A stretch of DNA of 35,365 nt from Armatimonadota bacterium (GTDB lineage: Bacteria; Sysuimicrobiota; Sysuimicrobiia; Sysuimicrobiales; Humicultoraceae): the NCBI GenBank assembly GCA_052386995.1, contig JBQTJP010000109.1, positions 1-35,365 on the forward strand, written 5' to 3'. The number at the start of each line of letters is the position of its first letter. The first letter of the stretch is position 1. Both the position numbers and the translations under genes were made by a program. Positions 28,480 through 35,365 of the stretch are shown piece after piece. The notes under the pieces were generated by a model that was not told the DNA's origin, did no database searches, and saw only the letters and a program-made list of their open reading frames with translations.

Positions 28480-29119
28480 AGAGCTCTGCGCCAGATATGG
28501 TCGGCTGTACGTGGCCGCGGTGGCGGATGCCCTGGACGACAAGAATCAGTGGCACCAGATCGTCGACCGTCGCATTCAACCGCTGACGCTCGAGATGCGC
28601 GTGGCCGGGCCCGCATTCACTATGCTGGGACGTCCCGAGCGCAGCACCGACCGCGCCATCCGCAAGGGCGTCAAGGCCGTCGATGCGCTGCGGCCGCACA
28701 CGGTCGCGGTCATGGACTGCTCAGGGGAAGAGATCACCGGGCACTGGGGTGAGCTGCTCACCAACGGGGCGCTCGTGCGCGGCTGCACGGGCGCGGTGAT
28801 CGACGGCGGCACGCGCGACGTTGCGACGATCCTTCGGTCGAGCTTCCCCGTGTTCTGCAAGTATCGATCACCGGCCGATGCCAAAGGGCGCTGGAACGTG
28901 GTGGACTTCGATTGCCCGGTGACGATCGGCGGCGTGCCGGTGGCGCCGGGGGATTTCATCGTGGGCGACGCCGATGGTGTCGTGGTGGTCCCGCGCGATC
29001 TCGTCGTGGACGTCTTGCTCGAAGCCGAGGAAGTGGCCAAAACCGAAACGGAGATTCGCCAGCGCGTCCGCGACGGTCAGTCCGTGGCGAAGCTCTACAT
29101 GGAGTACAAACGGTTCTAG
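28454..29119 (+). CDS. RraA family / HMG-CHA aldolase-like protein
   Basis: VADALD, WGELL, IDGGTRD, PGDFIVGDADGVVVVP; AGGAGG RBS before ATG 28454. Confidence 0.88.
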   Translation: MSVSDIPIEELCARYGRLYVAAVADALDDKNQWHQIVDRRIQPLTLEMRVAGPAFTMLGRPERSTDRAIRKGVKAVDALRPHTVAVMDCSGEEITGHWGELLTNGALVRGCTGAVIDGGTRDVATILRSSFPVFCKYRSPADAKGRWNVVDFDCPVTIGGVPVAPGDFIVGDADGVVVVPRDLVVDVLLEAEEVAKTETEIRQRVRDGQSVAKLYMEYKRF

Positions 29120-29122
29120 CAC

Positions 29123-30247
29123 GTGCGCATCGAGTCTGTCCGCGGCATTCCCCTTTTGGCCGTCTTAGACGAACCGCAGCGTACTGGCGTCGCTACGTAC
29201 ACAAAGATAGGCATCGCCCTCGTCGAGATCAGGACCGACGAGGGCGTGCTTGGTTACGGCGAGTGTCTGGCGCGATACTCCCCGCGTATCTGGGCCGCGA
29301 TCGTCGACGACCTGCTGGCCCCGCTGGTGGTCGGCGAAGACCCGTTTGACACCGAGCGCCTGTGGACGCGCATGTTCCGCGACCTGCGTTCGTTCTCGGG
29401 ACACTCCCGCGGCATGCTTGTTGAGGCCATCGCGGGCGTGGACACGGCGCTCTGGGATATTAAAGGAAAGGCCGCGGCGCTGCCGTTGCACGTGTTGCTG
29501 GGCGGGGTCACGCGCACGCGTCTTGACGCCTATGCATCGTCGATCATGCACCGCGAGCGATCGGCGATGGAGGCGGAAGCGGCATCGCTGGTGGAGCGGG
29601 GATTCCGCGCGATCAAGATCAAGGTGGGCATCGGCGTGGAACAAGACGCCGGCACGGTGCGGGCCATCCGCCGGGCAGTCGGCGATCGCATCGACCTGAT
29701 GCTGGATGCCAACGGAGCCTATCGAGCGCCAGATGCGATCGCCCTGGCGCAGCGCGTCGAGGAGTTGCGCATCACGTGGTTTGAGGAGCCCGTGGTGGCC
29801 GACGACCTGGATGGCTACGAGCGGATCCGCGCCGCCACCGCGATCCCCCTGGCCGCCGGCGAAGCCGAGTTCACGCGCTTTGGCGCGCGCGACCTGCTCG
29901 CGCGCAAGGTCATCGATGTCATCCAGCCCGACGTCGCCCGCGCCGGAGGGGTCAGTGAGACCCGCAGGATCGTCGACCTGGCCGCGTCGCACCACGTCGC
30001 GTACGCGCCGCACGTCGGCTTTTCCGGTGCCGTGTGCGTGGCCGCAACGCTGCATCTAGCGGCGGCCGCTGCAAACTTCTTGACCTACGAATGTATCCAC
30101 ACCGCCAACCCTCTCCGCGAACGTCTGGCGACGTCGCCCATCGGCGGGCCAGACCAGATGATCGACGGTCAGATTCCCATTCCCACTGGTCCGGGACTTG
30201 GTATCGAGCTCGACCCGGACGTCATTCGACAATACACCGTAGTGTAG
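29123..30247 (+). CDS. Mandelate racemase/muconate lactonizing enzyme family protein
   Basis: KIKVG, LDAN, WFEEP, AAGE, QPD, APH; paralog of 19910-21037. Confidence 0.92.
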   Translation: MRIESVRGIPLLAVLDEPQRTGVATYTKIGIALVEIRTDEGVLGYGECLARYSPRIWAAIVDDLLAPLVVGEDPFDTERLWTRMFRDLRSFSGHSRGMLVEAIAGVDTALWDIKGKAAALPLHVLLGGVTRTRLDAYASSIMHRERSAMEAEAASLVERGFRAIKIKVGIGVEQDAGTVRAIRRAVGDRIDLMLDANGAYRAPDAIALAQRVEELRITWFEEPVVADDLDGYERIRAATAIPLAAGEAEFTRFGARDLLARKVIDVIQPDVARAGGVSETRRIVDLAASHHVAYAPHVGFSGAVCVAATLHLAAAAANFLTYECIHTANPLRERLATSPIGGPDQMIDGQIPIPTGPGLGIELDPDVIRQYTVV

Positions 30248-30295
30248 GCGGTCCTATTTCCTGGCGAACGTCGCGCAGGTGTCCGGGCGCTCAAT

Positions 30296-30829
30296 CTACT
30301 TCAAGCACAGCAGAACTGCCGTCAGCGTCAGCCCATCGGTAATCGCCCGGTCCCTGACCATTTGCCAGATCTCTTCCTTTGAGAATGCACGGACCTCGAG
30401 CACCTCGCCCGTATCGAACGCGCCCGAGTTCTCGGTTGCCCGGCAGCGGACAATGTGGAAGACCTGGTTGGCCATCCCGTTGACGGGGTGATAGGAGTAG
30501 ACATGCTCGCCCTCAGTGGAGTGGTAGCCTGTCTCTTCCAAGACTTCTCGCTGTGCGGCTTCGGTGATCGACTCACCGTCCTCAACATATCCGGCGGGCA
30601 GCTCCCATGACGTGGCGTCCGTCGCGTACCGGCAGATACGGGCGAAAAGCACGCGGCGATCGGCGGTCTCCGCTACGGCCGCGACGGCGGAGCGGTGGAA
30701 ATCCAACAGATGGTGCTGTTCCACGATGCTGCCATCGGGAAACCGCACTCTGTCCACGTAGAGATTCACCCACGGGCTCTGGTAGATGACAGTCCTGGAC
30801 AGTCGTTCGGGCTTCGCGTATGTCTCCAC
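30296..30829 (-). CDS. Nudix hydrolase (ADP-ribose pyrophosphatase-like)
   Basis: Complete Nudix box GYVEDGESITEAAQREVLEETGY, WELPAG, ITDGLT; GGAGG RBS before GTG 30829. Confidence 0.88.
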   Translation of the reverse strand: METYAKPERLSRTVIYQSPWVNLYVDRVRFPDGSIVEQHHLLDFHRSAVAAVAETADRRVLFARICRYATDATSWELPAGYVEDGESITEAAQREVLEETGYHSTEGEHVYSYHPVNGMANQVFHIVRCRATENSGAFDTGEVLEVRAFSKEEIWQMVRDRAITDGLTLTAVLLCLK

Positions 30830-30881
30830 GTGAGCCTCCGGTCGGGAGTTATTGTTCGTGTTTCGACTCGGTCTGATGTTA

Positions 30882-30897
30882 TGAAAGCGCCGCGCCT
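30882..30897 (+). repeat. Left sub-terminal inverted repeat of the IS
   Basis: TGAAAGCGCCGCGCCT is the exact reverse complement of 32178-32193. Confidence 0.95.
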
Positions 30898-30959
30898 CCA
30901 GACCGCGAAGATCTTGTCGGTTACCAGAACGGCAAGATCCGCAGAGAGGAGGCGCAGCG

Positions 30960-32003
30960 ATGCAATACATAGCCTTCGATGTGCACAAGCGCTACACCTG
31001 GGCGCGGGTGGAGCGCGCGGACGGAACGGTCGTGCGGGAGAAGAAGATCGTCCACGAGAGTGGAGCGCTACGGCAGTTCTTGGCCGGCTGTGAGCCGGGC
31101 TCACCCGTGGCCGTGGAGACGGTCGGCAACTGGTACTGGATCGTGGACGAAGTGGAGGCAGCCGGGTGTTGTCCCCAACTGGTACATGCTCGCAAGGCGA
31201 AGCTAATGCTGGGGACGGTGAACAAGACGGACCGCCTGGACGCTCGAGGACTGGTGCGGTTACAGCGGACGGGGACGCTCCCGGTGGTCTGGATTCCACC
31301 TCGCGAGCTGCGGGATGCGCGCGAGCTGCCACGCACCCGGATGGTGCTGGTGGCGCAGCGCACGCGGCTCAAGAATCGGATCCACGCCACGCTGAACAAG
31401 TACGGCCTCCTGCTGCCTGACGTCTCGGACCTCTTTGGACAGCGCGGTCGTCACGAACTGCGTGCGTGCTTGACTGAGCTCCCGCCCCAGACGGCCTTCG
31501 TGGTCTCGCGACTGCTCGAGCAGGTCGACGGACTGGATCGGGACATCGAGGCGCTGGAACAGCGGATGGGCGAGCTCTTCGAGGTGGACGACGCGACCCG
31601 GTTGCTGCTGACGCTCCCAGGGGTAGGGTTCATCCTGTCGATTGTGCTCCGCACGGAGATCGGGGACGTCCGGCGCTTTGCCAGCAACGAGCACCTGGCG
31701 GCGTATGCGGGCACGGTGCCGCGGGTGCACGACTCGGGTGGGCGCCAGCACTATGGGCCCGTGCGGGCGGATGTCAACCGGTACCTGAAGTGGGCCTTTG
31801 TCGAAGCGGCCAACGGCGTCTGCCGGAATCGTCGTCGCAAGCACGCTCAGCGGCACATCAGCCGGGTGTACGAACGGGTCACCACGCGCAAGGGACACCA
31901 GAAGGCAATCGTGGCGGTGGCCCGGCACCTGGCGGAGGCCACCTACTGGATGCTGACCAAAGGAGAGTCGTATCGCGAACCCGCGGCGTCCAGGGGAGCG
32001 TAA
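30960..32003 (+). CDS. IS110 family transposase/recombinase (DEDD RuvC-like plus Tnp domain)
   Basis: AFDVHK (D), VAVET (E), KTDRLDA (D,D), [21 protein letters not shown] (conserved Ser), AVARHL; AGGAGG RBS; 347 aa, uninterrupted. Confidence 0.96.
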   Translation: MQYIAFDVHKRYTWARVERADGTVVREKKIVHESGALRQFLAGCEPGSPVAVETVGNWYWIVDEVEAAGCCPQLVHARKAKLMLGTVNKTDRLDARGLVRLQRTGTLPVVWIPPRELRDARELPRTRMVLVAQRTRLKNRIHATLNKYGLLLPDVSDLFGQRGRHELRACLTELPPQTAFVVSRLLEQVDGLDRDIEALEQRMGELFEVDDATRLLLTLPGVGFILSIVLRTEIGDVRRFASNEHLAAYAGTVPRVHDSGGRQHYGPVRADVNRYLKWAFVEAANGVCRNRRRKHAQRHISRVYERVTTRKGHQKAIVAVARHLAEATYWMLTKGESYREPAASRGA

Positions 32004-32125
32004 GCGCGTACTCGGTCCTGAGCCCATTGAGGCTCGTCGGTCTGATTGCGACACGCTCCCAGGACATCCTCATGCCCTTGCTAAGGGCGAAGAGATGGAT
32101 CCGGCGAATCGGGTTGAGGGACGTC
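31988..32125 (+). ncRNA. Predicted bridge/seek RNA of the IS1111-type element (boundaries approximate)
   Basis: Nested stems enclose ACTCGGTCC (32010-32018) and TCGGTCTGAT (32037-32046), matching the two target flanks, and AGAGATG (32091-32097), matching the element end plus core. Confidence 0.75.
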
Positions 32126-32172
32126 GAGGGACATAGGAGGGACACACAAAGGAGAAGGTCGGTCAACGGGGG

Positions 32173-32178
32173 TTGACA
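32173..32178 (+). promoter_or_regulatory. Outward-facing -35 hexamer at IS right end (junction promoter half)
   Basis: Perfect TTGACA exactly 17 nt before the GATG core. Confidence 0.65.
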
Positions 32179-32193
32179 GGCGCGGCGCTTTCA
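32178..32193 (+). repeat. Right sub-terminal inverted repeat of the IS
   Basis: AGGCGCGGCGCTTTCA is the exact reverse complement of 30882-30897. Confidence 0.95.
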
Positions 32194-32236
32194 GAGATGG
32201 ACCGAGTTGCCGGCCCTTCTCCCTCGGCGAACAGCC

Positions 32237-32650
32237 TTATGGGGTCGCACCGGACTGATGCTCATAGTTCCGAATGATCATAGCGCTGGCTGGCTGCATG
32301 CCGAATATAGAGTAGAACCGCTGCAGCTGTGGATCGCAGACGGTATCAACCATGTAAAGCTTCCCCAGACGGCGCAGTATTCTTCGCATGAGTTCGCTAC
32401 CGATCCCTCGTCGCCGGTAGGCTGGCAAGACCTCTAGAAACGGGACGTAAGCGCTCAGGATTCCATCTGTAACGGCCGTAACAAATCCTACGACGTCACC
32501 AGACACGTCGTCGATAGCGAGCACAAAGACATCGCCGCTCGCCAAGAGTCTCCGATGCATGGCAGGCGTCGGCGGGTTTGGCCAACCCTCAAAGAAACCC
32601 CGAAGTCTCCATGCGTCAGTGCCCTCGAGCGTCTCAACGTATCTGATCAT
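32237..32650 (-). CDS. GNAT family N-acetyltransferase
   Basis: VVGFV, LEVLPAYRRRGIGSELM acetyl-CoA motif, RFYSIFG; GGGAGG RBS. Confidence 0.9.
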   Translation of the reverse strand: MIRYVETLEGTDAWRLRGFFEGWPNPPTPAMHRRLLASGDVFVLAIDDVSGDVVGFVTAVTDGILSAYVPFLEVLPAYRRRGIGSELMRRILRRLGKLYMVDTVCDPQLQRFYSIFGMQPASAMIIRNYEHQSGATP

Positions 32651-32726
32651 CTGTCAGCCTCCCGGTTGGCATGAGAAAGATCATACCTGGCGAGAGGGGA
32701 CAGCATCTCGCAGGGGCGACTTGCGT

Positions 32727-32755
32727 CGAGTTCGAACTCGTTCCGGAACGAGTTC
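32727..32755. repeat. Two overlapping perfect palindromes
   Basis: CGAGTTCGAACTCG (32727-32740) and GAACTCGTTCCGGAACGAGTTC (32734-32755). Confidence 0.8.
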
Positions 32756-33665
32756 ACCTGGACCGTCCTATGTATTGACTGAAGCGGGGATCGAGATAAT
32801 CGCGCACCGCGTCCCCGAACATGCCCACCGCCAGGACCGTCAAAGTCATTACCGCCCCCGGCATCGTGGCGATCCACCAGGCGTTCTGCAGATACTCGCG
32901 CCCCTGGCTGATCGTCACGCCCCATGAGGGCAGCGGGTGGGGGATGCCCAGGCCCAGGAACGAGAGCGCGGCCTCCGCGAGCATTTGCAGCGCAATCTGG
33001 AGGGTGGCCAGGATGACGATCGGTGTGAGGATATTGCGCAGGATGTGGCGCGTCATCACGCGGCCGCCAGTGGCCCCGAGCGCCCTGGCGGCCTCGACGA
33101 ACTCTTTCTCGCGCAGCGAGAGCACGGACCCCCGGGTCAGCCTGGCAAACACCGCCCATCGGATGACCGACAGGGTGAGGATGACGTTGCCGATCGACGG
33201 GCCGATCATCGCGGCAATCAGGATCGCGAGCAGCAGCGGAGGAAAGGCGAGCTGCAGATCGACCAGACCCATGAGAATCGTATCCGTCAGTCCGCCGTAA
33301 TAGCCGGCAACGAGTCCCAGGGCGGTTCCGCTGACCCCCGCGATCACGACTGTGCTGGCGGCGACGAGGATCGACACGCGCGCGCCGTGGATGACCTGTT
33401 GCAGCAGGTCGCGCCCCAACTGGTCTGTGCCGAACCAGGCGACCTGTCCGTCCGGCAGCCTCGCTCCGGGCGGAAGGAGACGGTGCTCCAGCCGATGGGC
33501 GAGCGGGTCGTACGGAACGACGACCGGCCCGAGGAGGCCGACGCACACAGCCACGGTGAGCACGACCGCGGTGACGGCGACCCTGCGGCCTTTCCGCGTG
33601 GACGTCAGCGATCGCGCGGGGGGCGTCCGGAGGGCCGCCGCCGCGGCTGCGGCGTCGCCGGTCAT
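32754..33665 (-). CDS. ABC peptide/nickel transporter permease, DppC/OppC type
   Basis: FGTDQLGRD, KEFVEAARALGA, LSFLGLG, GDAVRDYLDPR. Confidence 0.93.
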   Translation of the reverse strand: MTGDAAAAAAALRTPPARSLTSTRKGRRVAVTAVVLTVAVCVGLLGPVVVPYDPLAHRLEHRLLPPGARLPDGQVAWFGTDQLGRDLLQQVIHGARVSILVAASTVVIAGVSGTALGLVAGYYGGLTDTILMGLVDLQLAFPPLLLAILIAAMIGPSIGNVILTLSVIRWAVFARLTRGSVLSLREKEFVEAARALGATGGRVMTRHILRNILTPIVILATLQIALQMLAEAALSFLGLGIPHPLPSWGVTISQGREYLQNAWWIATMPGAVMTLTVLAVGMFGDAVRDYLDPRFSQYIGRSR

Positions 33666-34582
33666 GCGTATCGGATCCGCGGATCCAGGTAGGCGTAGGT
33701 GAGATCCACGGCCAGGTTGAGGACCACGACGGTCATCGCCACGAAGGTGACGGCGGCCTGCACCACCGGGTAGTCACGGTTGTTGATCGCCGTGACGATC
33801 AGCCGGCCCAGGCCCGGCCAGGCGAACACGGTTTCCAGCACGACGACGCCGCCGAGCAGCGCGCCGAGTTGCAGGCCCAGCATCGTGACCACCGGGATCA
33901 GCATGTTCCGGTACACGTGCCGCGTCAGCACCGCCGCCTCACCCAGGCCCTTGGCCCGCGCCGTGCGCACGAACTCCTGGCTCATGGTCTCGAGAATGCC
34001 CGCGCGGATCAACCGCGTCATGACGCCGATGAGCTGCGCCGATAGGGTGACCGTCGGCAGCACGAGGTGCCAGAGCGTCTCGCGGCCAAACGAGGGCAGC
34101 CAGTGCAGCTGGCGCGCGAACACGATGATGAGCACCAGACCCAGCCAGAAGTTGGGCACCGCCTGACCGACAAGCGAGAATGCCCCGATGGCGCGGTCGA
34201 GGAACGATTGGGCGCGCCGCGCGGCGAGCGAGCCGAGGACCAGGCTGACCAGCATGGTGAGCGCGATGGCGGCGAGCGCGAGCTCCGCGGTGGCCGGCAG
34301 CCGCTCGAGCACGAGCCCGAACGCGTCGCGGCCTTCATGATACGAGCGCCCCCAGTCGCCCGCGAGGCCCTGGCGCACGAACAAGCCGTACTGCACCAGG
34401 AGCGGCCGGTCGAGTCCCATCTTCGCGCGCTGCTCGGTGATCAGCTCCGCGGTCGCAAACGTGCCCAGGAGTACCGAGGCCGGATCGCCCGGAATGACCC
34501 GGACGACCAGGAAGATGATCGTGAGCACGCCCCAGACGACCAGGAGAGCGGCGAGGCTCCGGCGCAGGAGAAACTGACCCAT
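33662..34582 (-). CDS. ABC peptide/nickel transporter permease, DppB/OppB type
   Basis: PGDPA, GLDRPLLVQY, EFVRTARAKG, ETVFAWPGLG, DPRIR. Confidence 0.94.
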   Translation of the reverse strand: MGQFLLRRSLAALLVVWGVLTIIFLVVRVIPGDPASVLLGTFATAELITEQRAKMGLDRPLLVQYGLFVRQGLAGDWGRSYHEGRDAFGLVLERLPATAELALAAIALTMLVSLVLGSLAARRAQSFLDRAIGAFSLVGQAVPNFWLGLVLIIVFARQLHWLPSFGRETLWHLVLPTVTLSAQLIGVMTRLIRAGILETMSQEFVRTARAKGLGEAAVLTRHVYRNMLIPVVTMLGLQLGALLGGVVVLETVFAWPGLGRLIVTAINNRDYPVVQAAVTFVAMTVVVLNLAVDLTYAYLDPRIRYA

Positions 34583-34591
34583 GCGATCAGG

Positions 34592-35365
34592 TCAGGGCGA
34601 CGAAGACACCTCGTGGAGGGTGAAGATCTCGCTCGGAGGGAGTTTGAATCCCTGGACCCGCGCGCGATACGCGTAACTCTCCAGCGACTCGAACAAGAAA
34701 ATCACCGGCCCCTCCTGCCAGAGGATTTCCTGCACGCGTTTGTACATCTCGCAGCGCCGCCTCTCGTTGACCGTGGCCGCCGCCTGGTCGAGGAGGGTGT
34801 CGACCTCCGCGTTCGCATACCCCGTCCGCCGGGCGCGCGAATGATAGAGTCGCCCCAGCGTGTAATCCGCGTCACCGGTCACCGCGCCCGAGCCGAGCAA
34901 GTTCAGATCCCAGTTGAGCTTGAGCAGATCATCGAGCCAGATCGCCCGCGGCTGCAGCGTGTTCTTCACCCTGATCCCGACCAGGGCGAGCTGCCCCACG
35001 ATCGCGTCGGCGACCTCGCGCTCTTTGGGGAGGGCGTCGTTCCACTTGAGTTCGGCCTCGAAACCGCGCGGATACCCCGCCTCGGCGAGCGTCCGGCGCG
35101 CCAGAGGCGTGTTGAAGCCATACCCCGGATACTCCACAGCGCAGAGGACGTTGACGGCGATCGGTCCTTTGGCCGGCTTGGCGATCCCGGCGACCAGCGA
35201 CGACGTGATGGCATCGATGTTCAGCGCGTGTCGCGCGGCCTGGCGCACGCGCGGGTCGTCCCAGGGTTTGCGGGTGGGGTTGATCCAGAGGAACCGGGTG
35301 TAGAACGTCGGGCCGATGTCGATCTTGATCGCCGAGTTGCCGCGCAGCCGCCGGATCTCCTCGGG
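34592..35365 (-). CDS. ABC transporter substrate-binding protein, family 5 (DppA/OppA-like), 5'-truncated by window edge
   Basis: Frame open to window end; KPWDDPRVRQAARHALN, LAEAGYPRGF, YANAEVDTLL. Confidence 0.9.
   Translation of the reverse strand, partial: PEEIRRLRGNSAIKIDIGPTFYTRFLWINPTRKPWDDPRVRQAARHALNIDAITSSLVAGIAKPAKGPIAVNVLCAVEYPGYGFNTPLARRTLAEAGYPRGFEAELKWNDALPKEREVADAIVGQLALVGIRVKNTLQPRAIWLDDLLKLNWDLNLLGSGAVTGDADYTLGRLYHSRARRTGYANAEVDTLLDQAAATVNERRRCEMYKRVQEILWQEGPVIFLFESLESYAYRARVQGFKLPPSEIFTLHEVSSSP

Larger units (their letters stand above)
30875..32195 (+). mobile_element. Complete IS110-family insertion sequence, IS1111-type (sub-terminal IRs, long 3' non-coding end)
   Basis: Transposase flanked by perfect 16-bp IRs (30882-30897 / 32178-32193); GATG at both junctions (30875-30878, 32196-32199), so ends are ambiguous by up to 4 bp. 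Confidence 0.92.

Noticed and set aside
30875..32199. GATG repeat as a classical target-site duplication
   Set aside because: IS110-family recombination is conservative; the repeat is better explained as a core shared by donor and target.
30830..32236. Integron attC site as the IS target (GNAT and Nudix look cassette-like)
   Set aside because: The reconstructed empty site has no paired RYYYAAC...GTTRRRY core sites in the cassette orientation, and there is no integron integrase in the window.
1..35365. CRISPR array, rRNA or intact tRNA genes
   Set aside because: No regularly spaced repeats were seen, and intergenic gaps are short with no complete RNA-gene structure.

Overview
High-GC bacterial chromosomal window, densely coding (about 38 CDS), with no rRNA, intact tRNA or CRISPR array seen. 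Contents in order: a convergent peptide-ABC permease pair, pncB, corA, a VapBC-type TA pair, flavin reductase/peroxiredoxin, dinB, an SDR, a BMP-type (nucleoside/purine-like) ABC importer coupled to an isochorismatase-family hydrolase, a cyclase-family hydrolase and three cupins, an AlkZ-related protein, an operon (M16 peptidase pair, npdG, cofE, enolase-superfamily enzyme, kinase/NDT-like fusion), two secreted hypotheticals, a cyclase-STAND-TPR protein, a PLP lyase/RraA/enolase-superfamily cluster, Nudix and GNAT genes, and a second peptide-ABC operon. The standout is a complete IS110-family, IS1111-type element (~30875-32195). It has perfect 16-bp sub-terminal inverted repeats and a GATG core at both junctions, and it sits in a palindromic target. 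Its 3' non-coding end folds into a bridge/seek-RNA-like structure whose loops carry 9-10-nt matches to both halves of its own insertion site and a 7-nt match to its own circle junction. All of this can be read directly from the sequence.
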